From the NCBI GenBank assembly GCA_000320545.1, contig ADNK01001883.1:1-64000 (forward strand): a stretch of DNA of 64,000 nt. The letters run 5' to 3'. Made by a program: the position numbers and the translations under genes. Source of the DNA: Bigelowiella natans CCMP2755 (lineage: Eukaryota > Protista > Cercozoa). The notes beneath the pieces were generated by a model. That model was given only the letters and a program-made list of their open reading frames with translations, searched no databases and was not told the origin of the DNA. Below, one piece after another: positions 1-9,574 of this stretch (its first letter is position 1; each line of letters begins with the position of its first letter).

Positions 1-152
1 CTCTAATACATCGAATCTTCTTAGTCGGTGAGTAGTTTATCTATATTATATTGCAATAACTTTGGGAGTACTAATATATCCATGGTAAATATAATTATAT
101 GTATATAATAAGATTTTTTTGGTTTAAATTCTTTCAACATCCATACCCACAG

Positions 153-155
<3 letters not shown>

Positions 156-220
<65 letters not shown>
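156..220. repeat. compound (CA)n-(GA)n intronic microsatellite
   Basis: Directly visible dinucleotide tracts. Confidence 0.95.
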
Positions 221-223
<3 letters not shown>

Positions 224-264
224 TTTGTGCCTTGACAAGTGCTATCATCATGCACATTTGTAGA

Positions 265-1462
265 ATCCCTCGATACGATAAGGATGAAAAGGTGGTACTA
301 CTTCTTCGTTCTTTCATGATCTCCCTTGCCTCATTCCTAGGACAAAGGCTTTTACGTACTATAGATATTGCTATTTGTCTATTTGTGCATAGAAAATGGT
401 ATTATATTATTTAAGCAACTGAAACTCCGTAGTGTTACTGTTTATACTCAGTATCAAGAGCACTATTCATTATCATATTTGGCTTTCATTCCTCGCTGTG
501 CTCCTTATTTGTGCAGGGGGTCGCTTGCTTGTCTTACCAAATGCATCTGCGAGGCCTAAACCAGCCATCCCTAGTAATAGTAGTCATAGTAGCAATAGTA
601 GTAGTGAAAGTGGTAGTACGAGAGAACGAAAGAACGAACTCAATCATATTCACACGCATACAAGAGAGAAAGAGAGACCGGGGGGGCACGGGGGACGGGT
701 AGAGATCTTATTTACATGGTTTTCCTGTGTACATAGGTCGAAAGGGATAGAATTATGAAGAAAACGACCGATAAGTTAGGATGTGTACAATGGAACCCAT
801 TTCCTGGAGACATTAAGTAAAGTGTGCAAACACGCTAATTACCGCACTTCGCATCATACGTTTCTCTTGTGTATCTACATCTATATGTGAAATGAAGCGA
901 TTCGAATACATGCAGGCAGACAAAGATGCCCAACCTCCACTCTCAGCCACACAGGTCGAAGAAATTAATTAAACGTGTAGAAACGGAAGCTATCATCGTT
1001 CTACTCACCACTATCAATTTCTGTTTTCTTCATCACCCCCTTACTCTTCTTTCTATTCATTTTAGAGCATCGATTTCTCTTGCGGCAAATCGAACACTGC
1101 TTCCGAAATATCTCTCTGCTGTAAAGCAAAAGGTTTCGCTTGTGACAATTGCGCAGGAATGTGTATGAATTTGTCGTCACTTAAATGTGTGTGTGTGTAT
1201 TTATAGGCGGAGATCATGTTCGATGCGGGGGCATTCAAGCATTGGTGGCAATTGCATGTTGATTTTATAAAAAGAATTAGAATTTCAGACACGTGCTGAG
1301 ATCACTGCATTTGTTTGCACAGCATGAGCATTTGAATTCATAGAGAGCGTACTTGATAGGTATTTGAAGCATGGAGCTGAAGAAGAAGATTTTCTGGACG
1401 CATTCGAAAGCGTAGATGGAATCGTATCGGCATACAAGGAGCTTTCCATAAGAACACGATGA
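265..1462 (+). CDS. 3' part of a zeta(eta)/delta-class tubulin gene (5' end outside window; multi-exon)
   Basis: Manual splicing over GT..AG introns. Exon ~265-292 gives IPRYDKDEK; 737-~807 VERDRIMKKTTDKLGCVQWNPFPGDI; 1066-1132 ASISLAANRTLLPKYLSAVKQK; 1207-1244 AEIMFDAGAFKHW; 1360-1462 YLKHGAEEEDFLDAFESVDGIVSAYKELSIRTR*. The MF.agAf.HWY..hG.EEEDF..aF..v..iv..Y pattern is the delta/zeta tubulin C-terminus. WNPFP, ANR and HWY favour zeta. Confidence 0.8.
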
Positions 1463-2340
1463 TCACCTTGCTGTAGAGCTGCGAAAAAGCGATGGATTGA
1501 ATCCTTGTGTCTAGCCATTTGGAATGCATTCACATGCCTCTAGCTAGCTAGCTAGCTAGGCCTAGATGCGCATAGTGGAGCTCTTGAAACCTTGCAGATT
1601 AAAATGAACAGGAACATCTAGATGTGCAATTTTTAATCTTCATGTAATGTCTAAATGTGGCCATTAGTTGTGAACTATAGAGCTAGAGCCGCTCTGTCTC
1701 AGTATCGTGCATGATTAGATGGATTCCAGCAATTAACTAAAAGTTTCTGTTGCGAGATTGTTGCCACGCGATCTAGACGATATGAACTAGTGAACTAGCT
1801 GTCTAGCTGCCTAGCTGTGCAGCGTTGTAGACTTATGCAATGATTTTCTAATCATGCATACTGACTCCATGACATTACCACACGACTGGGCGATGTGGCT
1901 ACGCTAGTACGGCATCCTTGCGCTTATTTGTGAGAAGATTTCCAGCGCCGATGTCTAGATACTGTGCTGCCGCTTTTGATAGGCGCAGAGAGGCATGACG
2001 CTCGCGTGTGTGCATACATGCTAATTTTTGCTACGAAACTTTACATTTTGCGATAATAGAATTATTGGATCTTGAAGGCGTGAGCCGCTAATTGAGTCAT
2101 AGGTTCATGCATAGCTCAACAATACAATTACAGTTGCAAATCGAGATCATGTTGTGTAACATAGCTAGGATCTTTGAAAGCATCTCCACAACGTGAACAC
2201 TGAGTTAGAAAAAGAATTCTCACATTAATGCGAAAAAAAAATCATAATTTTTGTGAAAACCAAAACAAATTTTGGGGTGACGCTTTAGAACCAATTTTCA
2301 CTCAAATGTATTCAGAATATAGTTTATGTATGAATGAAAT

Positions 2341-3465
2341 TCATTTTCGTACATCGCAGCATTCGCCTATCTCAGCTGATGAGCCATCAAAACCATAAAA
2401 TTGAATTCGATCCATCTGGGCCAGTGCACATGCAGCACAACAACACACTGTGCAACATTCTGAACAGCCCCCTGGGGGTGCTATGCGGCGTTGGATGGCA
2501 AATTGACGCCTAGGTACAGTGTAAACCACGAAATTATTCCAAAGATTTTTAAATATCAATGAAAAACAATGGGTGTGACCTTGTTTCAATTATGTAGAAG
2601 CATGGAAAAATCAACACAAGGAAGAAGAATCCAATCTCCAGAGGGCCAAAGAGGATATACGTCTAAGAGGTGCAACACCTACCTCATTCTACAAGTCATA
2701 ATTCATGAGAGATATGTGCTTACAAAATTCAACAGCACGTAGAAGATCCCGAATGGGAACATGAGACAGACATTTGGCCAGTAGTTATCCTCCACTCCAC
2801 AGCATCTATGGTATGCTTGCTCAAAAACATACGTGAATCAAAGTTCAAACGTTACCGGGGGTCTTTAATTTCTGCAGCAGCTCGAATCCTAGCTATGACA
2901 AAGCAGGGACAACACCTGAAATTAGCATTCAAATCTGGCTGACTTACCAATATATTAACATTATTTTGCAAATCTTTACAAAATGCATGATTGAAGAATG
3001 ATATTACCATGCCATTAGGCAAGACGGAACACATTTGTCACAACAATTGCACAAACCAGTTGGCCATCTACGCTGAAATCCTAAGGCATGTACACAATGT
3101 GGTAAGGTTTGATGGCATGACCTCAAATTGTTAGTAACTCACCTCCGGTGTTAGAATTCAGTGTTTGCTGCCGGGTGAAAGCATTGTGATGAGGAACGAG
3201 AGTCGATTGGTAATGATTAGGCGCCGGCTGTGACGATTGTTGGGGATATGCCTCAGCAGTGACAACAATGTTAGCTTCAGATTGAGGTTGAGACGCTATG
3301 GGTTGTGCTGCAGCAAATCCTTTGTTCTCACTGCCGGTTAGTAGGGGATAGTCGCCACTCGCTTGCGGTTGAAACCCATGCTGTGTAGCCAAGGGAGGTT
3401 TCTGAATGTCAGACCTACGGTACAGAAAGTTTCACACTCTAGCCTTGATATTTTTTGGCTGACAT
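2341..3465 (-). CDS. PLAC8/cornifelin (Cys-rich, PCR-like) family protein, multi-exon; start uncertain
   Basis: Exon near 2855-2915 gives CCPCFVIARIRAAAEIKDP. The terminal exon gives RRQFAIQRRIAPPGGCSECCTVCCCAACALAQMDR. These are the CCPC and C..CalxQ hallmarks of PLAC8. A Gln/Pro-rich N-terminal exon lies at 3123-3400. Confidence 0.75.
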
Positions 3466-3657
3466 GGCGGATACATCTCGGGCGGGGAAGGAGCTTTCGT
3501 TGCTCACGAAAGGCGCGTGTGTCAGTTGTCTGTGGCCGGTCGGATATGAAGCAATCATCAGTGATGGCCGAAAAGTTATTCTTTGAAAATGTTGCATGTG
3601 CTACACGCTTTGTTCACGGTTTTTTTTTTGTTTGTGCTGTTGGTTGTGACCATGGAA

Positions 3658-3724
3658 GTTGTTGTTGTTGTTGTTGCTGCTGCCGCTGCTGTTGTTGCTG
3701 TTGTTGCTGTTGCTGTTGCTGTTT

Positions 3725-3769
<45 letters not shown>

Positions 3770-3770
3770 G
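3658..3770. repeat. (TGT/TGC)n trinucleotide microsatellite
   Basis: Directly visible; source of the poly-C/L/V/N/Q ORFs in the track. Confidence 0.95.
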
Positions 3771-3858
3771 TTGCCAAAGCCGGATTTGGAGTGAGAGACA
3801 GAGTTGTTGCAGAACGAAAGCATCTCTTGAAAATGAAGGAATGGGAGAAATGGGTCTT

Positions 3859-4184
3859 TGTTGCGCGTAAGGTGTTCACAGGCCGAGGCGCTACGTGCAC
3901 AAGTAGGCAGGGGGGGGGAAAGGCACGTTTGCTTCCTTTTGAAGAGTTGTGTTTATTTTTATTAAAGATTATATTTTTATTAAATCGTGCACTGCGTAAT
4001 CATTCGCGAAGCTTTCGCGAATGCCGCCGCACGTGGGGCAGCACACTTCCGGTGTGCTGCCATGAGTCCCGCCGGAACCCACGTGCCTATGCTGTATTAA
4101 TATCTACGTTATCTATATTCTATATCCGCGACAACCCCTTTGTTGTCGCACGTGACTTGTGCCCGCGTAGTGGTACGCGCTACA
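3859..4184 (-). repeat. 3' LTR
   Basis: Copy of 9249-9574 at an offset of 5,390 bp. Confidence 0.95.
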
Positions 4185-4227
4185 CCTCCCCCAAGTCACG
4201 TTGCTCCTTCCTTCCTTCCTTATTCCC
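4185..4227 (-). promoter_or_regulatory. polypurine tract
   Basis: Minus strand GGGAATAAGGAAGGAAGGAAGGAG...GGGGGAGG abuts the 3' LTR. Confidence 0.75.
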
Positions 4228-4235
4228 TTAGACCT

Positions 4236-7200
4236 TCATCGCTTTCGGAACTTCACCAACCACCAGGTAATAGATTCCTCTCTAACCTTATCTCCTTTGT
4301 CGCTTACCCAGAACTCACCTTCGTCCTTAGGTTCGTGTCCATACCAGCCCTCTGCATCAAGGTCCCCCAGGACCTTATACCAGTGCTCAAAGGGTAAGTC
4401 GGGAACAGCTAGGTAGAGTAGCTGATATTTTCCGTCCTTTATTTTCATAGCTACCCTCTCCATATTTCGTAATCCAGGGTAGCCTAGATAGACAATCTTC
4501 ATGCGCCAATCGTCGTTCACCCTGACCTTATTGTTTCCATATTCCACATCGAACTTAGGTCGGGGTCCTAAACAAGGCATTGCTCGCTCCCACACAGTAG
4601 GGTTTACTTTAACATCCTCTAGGAGCTTCTCACCGATATCATAATTCTTTAGGTGACTGATGTGGCGCAAGGTGACCCTGTTCCCATCATAGATGTAGTA
4701 CTGCTTCCTCCCCTTCCTCTCGGTAACCTTTGCAACGCCACCCCAGAAGGGGTCTTGTTTATTTCTCGATCTCAGATTTACCTTGGCCCTAACATACTGT
4801 CCTTCCTTTAGAACTCGGCCATCGTACGGGACCTTCTCGTCTTCGCTCTCGGTATCGTCGTCGTTGTCGTCGCCTTCTTCCCTCTCCTTATCCTTGATAC
4901 CTCCCCCAGACGTGAAGGTGTCGTTTACTAACCCTTGTATCTTGTCTGGTGTGGTGCTATTTATCCTGCTTAGGTTGGCCAAGGTGCGGTGGAGTCGCTC
5001 TACCTTGGAGTTGGACTGGGCATAGTATACAGGTGAGGCATCAATATTAGGGTGTGGTAGCTGTAGAAGAGAGGTCTCATTATCCACATGTAACTTCTTT
5101 GGTATCTTGTTTATGCTAACTTCATCAGGGATAGCCTGGAGCTCAGACTCCCAGGTACGGTAGCAGTTAGTAAGCCTCTGCTTATATAAGCCTTTGTTCT
5201 TCTTAGCAACGTTGACCTTGATAATCTTTTTAACCCAGCACTTTCCAGTGGCCACATCAACGAAGGTAAGGTAGTGATAGCCATCGTACTTATAAACATC
5301 AATTTGCACGATATCTAAGAAGTTCCTTGCTTTGATTTTCTTAGATGCACGGCTCTTGCTGGACTCCTTGGTGGCGACGCCTGCCGCCTTCAAGCTGGAG
5401 CACCTGCAGCCACGCAGGTATGTCCTTATCTCTTTTAGCTTGTAGGGCCAGTAGTAATGGTAGAGTAGAGCAGTGATATGGTTTTCTCCTACGTGTGCAG
5501 GTCCATGGGCGGTAAAGAGAAGGGCTCCCCTGGTCCGCCGTGGCACGTAGGTACGCCTAACATTATTAGTGTATACATATATCCTATCACTAAGTACCTC
5601 ATGCTTGTGTTTGTATTTATCCAGGTGTTCTTGAAGGTGCTGGAGCTCCTCTGGCTCAGGCAGGAAGTCGCCGTCCTCGAAGGTAATCGCGTTAACCATA
5701 GGGGTGACCTGGGTAGGGACTTTCTTTTCGAACAGCCTGCTGAAATAGTCAGCAAGCTGCTTGTCTCCTGGTGCGTAGACCACTGTCCTCTTGTCCCTAA
5801 ACTCTTCCGTGTCCGCCCTCATAGCTGCATACTCATCGTTAGGCGCTTCGAGCTTGCGGTCGATGCCTAGGAGGGGCTTGTGGTCAGTCATTAAGGTGAA
5901 GCTGGGCACCGACAGCAGGTAGTATCTTAGTTTCCTCTGCGCCTCAGTCATGGCTTTATACTCTCCTTTTGTAGGGCTGTACTTGGCCTCAGCTGCTGTG
6001 CAGGCCCTGCCCCACACCCGTATGATCTGCTGGTCTTGGGTAAGTACAGCAGCCATACCTAGCTTAGACCAGTCTGTCCATAGGGTAGCTGGTCTAGTAG
6101 TGTCTAGCTTAGCATTCAATAGGGTGTTGCTGCATAACTTTATTAGGTTATCGAAGTGGGCATCAAGGCCAGCCTTGGCCCACACCTTAGCGAAGCTGAG
6201 GCCTACAGAGTTCTCCTTCCGGTAAGCAGTAGTAAAAGCAGCTGCAGTCCTAGCGTAGGTAGGGGAGAACCTACGTAGTATCCAAGCTGCAGTCTGCAAG
6301 AATGACTTTAACTCCTTTGCATTCTTAGGTTTAGGGGCTTGCTGTAGTGCTGCTACTTTCTCGGGGTTTGGGGTGATGCGGCCTTGCTCCAGGTAATATC
6401 CACACCACTTGATTCTTGTAGCTAGGAATGTACACTTCTGCAGTCTAATAGTAAAACCGAAGTGTGCAAACCTAATAAATATATTTTCCAGGAGGAAGAT
6501 CTGAGCGACGACTGTGTTGGTACATATTATGTCATCATCCACATACACAAACACAAACACCCACAACACAGACGCCATCCCATCATGTGTGTATGCCCTG
6601 TAGTTCTGACTACTGAACGCATCCCCTGATATGCTTAGGCCGTAAGGGAATACGACGAAGTGCCACTTCCTGTGCCTGCTGGAGAACGCGGTAATGGGGC
6701 GGGAGGTTTTGTGGATGGGTGTCTGCATGTATGATTCATTTTTATCTAGGGAAGAGTAGTATTTGTATCCTATGACGTGTTCAATAACGTCATCTATCCT
6801 TGGTGTAGGTGTCTGGATCCTCTTTATTACTCGGTTGTGGCGGATGAAGTTGTGCGCCAGGCGGAAGAAAGGGTAAGTAGGTTTCTTAGCTAGCACATGT
6901 CTCACGTTCCATGGTGAGTTGCTTGGCTCTATCTTCCCTTCCTTTGCCCATTCATTGATGTGCCACTCTATCTTTTCCCAGTCCGCTTCCGGTCGCCTAT
7001 GTTCTGGGTCATTGATGATGCACTCTTCGTATCCCTTCTTTAGCTCGATCTTTACTGGGGTAAGCTTGCTGGAGGGCTTCGTCGTCGGCTTGGTGATGTC
7101 AGAGTACTTCTCGTTTAATATTTTATTAATGTACTTTTTGCCTTTGTCGATATCCCAATCATCAGCTGGGGGGGTCTTGTCCAGTAGCTCCGTTATCTGT

Positions 7201-9209
7201 CGGATGGTCTTGCCGGGGTTCTTCTTCCGTAGCTCGGTAGGTGTAGGTAGCTTGTTGTCCGCTAGGTCCATAAACTCTAACGCATTAACGCTTGACTCAG
7301 AGGTCCACTCGTCAAGCCGTATCATGTTCTGGCTGATGGTCCTGCCTGACTTCTTTGGCAACTTAGCAAAGTATATCTTGTGATTGTAGAATGATATGAT
7401 CCCCCCTAATTTTTCTAGGGCATCCTGTCCGAGGAGTAGTTCCATGGATAAAGTCATGGCTACTCGGGTCTTGATTTGGGTCTCCGCGTCGCTGCCAGGT
7501 ATCTGTAGCTTTAGCATTAGCTCACCGACGGTCTTCATGGAAGAGCTTCCGTCTGCTTGAGCATATTTACGTTCTTTCTTAGTCACTTGATCCAATAGTC
7601 CTAACCTTCTTACTGTGCTTAGGCTTATGAAGGACTTCGGCATGCTGCCACTATCCCAAAGGGCAGGTAGTTTCTTGTAGTCTCCGTAGCTGTCTTTAAC
7701 TTTAACCTTGGTCATAGCAACTTTGATAGTCCTGTTAGCGTCTTCGTCATTAATGTTGCATACTCCTAAGTTCTTTATGTCGTCTAGGGTCATGGGCTTG
7801 TCTTGGTCCTGCGTTGCTGGTACTGCTGTCTTCGTCGGCGCCTGCTTAAGGTGATCTAATATTCCGTTTATCTGCTGCTGTATAGCATTGATACTGTTCT
7901 GCTTTTTGTTCTTATATTTATTGTTCTTCCCGTTGTTGCTGCCTTGCCATTTGCTGTTGTTATATCCTTGTCCTCTGCCTTTCTTTCTCTTTAACTTCTC
8001 GTAGTGTTCGTTGAGCTGCCTGATCGTCATCCTGGGTCGTCCTTCTTTCCTGTCTCTGCAGTCTTTAGCGGTGTGTTTCCCTTTACGTGAGCAGTATCCG
8101 CAACGTCGGTTACCTTCCCTGTCCTTGTACCAGTCTCGCTGCGGCTTAATAGCGTTAATGTTTCCTATGCCAGGTACCTTAGGGCTGGTAAACTTGCGGT
8201 CCTGCTCCTGCTCGCGTAGGGATATAGCCTGCACTGCTGCCTCCATCGTGGTGTAGCCTTTCTCCGTAACGTAAGTGGATTCCTTTATCTTTAACTTGAA
8301 CTCTTCAAACCTTGCCTGATCATCACCTGTGTTGTAATTAAAATCATGTAGTTCGTCGATCATATCCTGGAAGCGCGTGGCAAAGTCTCTAACAGGTTCT
8401 CTCTCATGCTGCATCATTGCTCTGTATTTTCTAATAGCCTGGGGTAGGGAGTTAGCATCCTGTTCATTTACAAAAGCCTTCATTATCGCCTCAACGTCTC
8501 GTAGCCCACTAACTGTAGTGTGTATTTTCTCTAGCTGCCTGATCCGGGTCCTGCCTGTCTCGTAAAGGTCCATGGCTTGCTTTATTATAGCTAGCCATTT
8601 GAGCTTGTCGTTTTCGGTGGGGTTAGGGGTAAAGTCGCAGAGTATACTCCTAGCGTTCTTCCACCACCTCCTTGCCTCACCTCTTTTCCCGTTGTATTTC
8701 GTTATCATAACCGGTGCTGTTTTAACAGACATGAACTGGGTGTTCCGCTGTACCGGCTGCTGCTGCTTGACGGTGCTCTGGGTCGTCCCCCGCGAGGCGC
8801 CCAGACCCCCGTCGTTCCTAAACAAAGCTGCCCACTCTGGAGGTAAGTCTGCTTCGTAATCCATGATGTCCTGCATGATAGCTGCCCAAACATCATGTGT
8901 CTGATACTTGTATTCTATCGATACTTTCAGTTTGGCGTAGTTGCTCGCCCTGGGTCGCAAGGCTCGTAATGCCATTACGACCTTCTTGCTTTCGGCGGCC
9001 ACGTCCTCGTCGTCCGCCTCGTAGAAGTTCTCCAGTGCCTCTGCTGCTGCATCTGCTTTCTTAATCCCGGGTGCTGGTCCCGGCGGTGCCTGTGGAGGTG
9101 TTCCTCCTCCTTCCTTAGCGTCCGTATCGCCCTTCCTTTCCTGTTTCTGCTCGTGCCCTTGCACGGCCTGCGAGCCAAAGTCCTGCTGTTCTTCTAGCTG
9201 CTGTGACAT
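4236..9209 (-). CDS. Gag-Pol polyprotein, 1657 aa, single uninterrupted ORF with an extra C-terminal domain
   Basis: Zn knuckle CGYC..H..C (8058-8102); aspartic protease LWDSGS (~7650); RT FPYGL and YVDD (6531-6545); RNase H TDWS/E/TDHKPL/ADYFSR; integrase H..H/CRC with D(5298) D(5082) E(4998); GPY/F-SH3-like module KQDPFWGG..RHISHLKNY; then a ~125-aa extension. Confidence 0.97.
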   Translation of the reverse strand: MSQQLEEQQDFGSQAVQGHEQKQERKGDTDAKEGGGTPPQAPPGPAPGIKKADAAAEALENFYEADDEDVAAESKKVVMALRALRPRASNYAKLKVSIEYKYQTHDVWAAIMQDIMDYEADLPPEWAALFRNDGGLGASRGTTQSTVKQQQPVQRNTQFMSVKTAPVMITKYNGKRGEARRWWKNARSILCDFTPNPTENDKLKWLAIIKQAMDLYETGRTRIRQLEKIHTTVSGLRDVEAIMKAFVNEQDANSLPQAIRKYRAMMQHEREPVRDFATRFQDMIDELHDFNYNTGDDQARFEEFKLKIKESTYVTEKGYTTMEAAVQAISLREQEQDRKFTSPKVPGIGNINAIKPQRDWYKDREGNRRCGYCSRKGKHTAKDCRDRKEGRPRMTIRQLNEHYEKLKRKKGRGQGYNNSKWQGSNNGKNNKYKNKKQNSINAIQQQINGILDHLKQAPTKTAVPATQDQDKPMTLDDIKNLGVCNINDEDANRTIKVAMTKVKVKDSYGDYKKLPALWDSGSMPKSFISLSTVRRLGLLDQVTKKERKYAQADGSSSMKTVGELMLKLQIPGSDAETQIKTRVAMTLSMELLLGQDALEKLGGIISFYNHKIYFAKLPKKSGRTISQNMIRLDEWTSESSVNALEFMDLADNKLPTPTELRKKNPGKTIRQITELLDKTPPADDWDIDKGKKYINKILNEKYSDITKPTTKPSSKLTPVKIELKKGYEECIINDPEHRRPEADWEKIEWHINEWAKEGKIEPSNSPWNVRHVLAKKPTYPFFRLAHNFIRHNRVIKRIQTPTPRIDDVIEHVIGYKYYSSLDKNESYMQTPIHKTSRPITAFSSRHRKWHFVVFPYGLSISGDAFSSQNYRAYTHDGMASVLWVFVFVYVDDDIICTNTVVAQIFLLENIFIRFAHFGFTIRLQKCTFLATRIKWCGYYLEQGRITPNPEKVAALQQAPKPKNAKELKSFLQTAAWILRRFSPTYARTAAAFTTAYRKENSVGLSFAKVWAKAGLDAHFDNLIKLCSNTLLNAKLDTTRPATLWTDWSKLGMAAVLTQDQQIIRVWGRACTAAEAKYSPTKGEYKAMTEAQRKLRYYLLSVPSFTLMTDHKPLLGIDRKLEAPNDEYAAMRADTEEFRDKRTVVYAPGDKQLADYFSRLFEKKVPTQVTPMVNAITFEDGDFLPEPEELQHLQEHLDKYKHKHEVLSDRIYVYTNNVRRTYVPRRTRGALLFTAHGPAHVGENHITALLYHYYWPYKLKEIRTYLRGCRCSSLKAAGVATKESSKSRASKKIKARNFLDIVQIDVYKYDGYHYLTFVDVATGKCWVKKIIKVNVAKKNKGLYKQRLTNCYRTWESELQAIPDEVSINKIPKKLHVDNETSLLQLPHPNIDASPVYYAQSNSKVERLHRTLANLSRINSTTPDKIQGLVNDTFTSGGGIKDKEREEGDDNDDDTESEDEKVPYDGRVLKEGQYVRAKVNLRSRNKQDPFWGGVAKVTERKGRKQYYIYDGNRVTLRHISHLKNYDIGEKLLEDVKVNPTVWERAMPCLGPRPKFDVEYGNNKVRVNDDWRMKIVYLGYPGLRNMERVAMKIKDGKYQLLYLAVPDLPFEHWYKVLGDLDAEGWYGHEPKDEGEFWVSDKGDKVREESITWWLVKFRKR

Positions 9210-9225
9210 TGTTAGTCAAATCGTT

Positions 9226-9243
9226 TCCCGTGTGTGGAAGCCA
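9226..9243 (-). promoter_or_regulatory. putative primer-binding site
   Basis: Minus strand TGGCTTCCACACACGGGA starts 5 nt inside the 5' LTR boundary. It is complementary to a tRNA-like 3' end ...TCCCGTGTGTGGAAG-CCA (Glu/Asp-like). Confidence 0.6.
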
Positions 9244-9248
9244 AAGGT

Positions 9249-9574
9249 TGTTGCGCGTAAGGTGTTCACAGGCCGAGGCGCTACGTGCACAAGTAGGCAG
9301 GGGGGGGGAAAGGCACGTTTGCTTCCTTTTGAAGAGTTGTGTTTATTTTTATTAAAGATTATATTTTTATTAAATCGTGCACTGCGTAATCATTCGCGAA
9401 GCTTTCGCGAATGCCGCCGCACGTGGGGCAGCACACTTCCGGTGTGCTGCCATGAGTCCCGCCGGAACCCACGTGCCTATGCTGTATTAATATCTACGTT
9501 ATCTATATTCTATATCCGCGACAACCCCTTTGTTGTCGCACGTGACTTGTGCCCGCGTAGTGGTACGCGCTACA
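9249..9574 (-). repeat. 5' LTR
   Basis: TGTTGCGCGTA...TACGCGCTACA, an 11-bp imperfect terminal inverted repeat; no mismatch to 3859-4184 seen by eye. Confidence 0.95.

Larger units (their letters stand above)
3859..9574 (-). mobile_element. Intact Ty3/Gypsy LTR retrotransposon (5,716 bp)
   Basis: Two apparently identical 326-bp direct repeats (3859-4184, 9249-9574) with TG...CA ends. 4-bp TSD TCTT at 3855-3858 and 9575-9578. Internal ORF in the Gypsy order Gag-PR-RT-RH-IN. Confidence 0.97.

Noticed and set aside
3363-3900. Poly-Cys, poly-Val, poly-Leu and poly-Asn ORFs
   Set aside because: Alternative readings of one (TGT)n microsatellite, with no domain content
4239-4616. Chromodomain or env at the end of Pol
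   Set aside because: No Y.VE.I/YLVKW.G chromodomain layout (only a terminal WLVKF), and no signal peptide or TM segment
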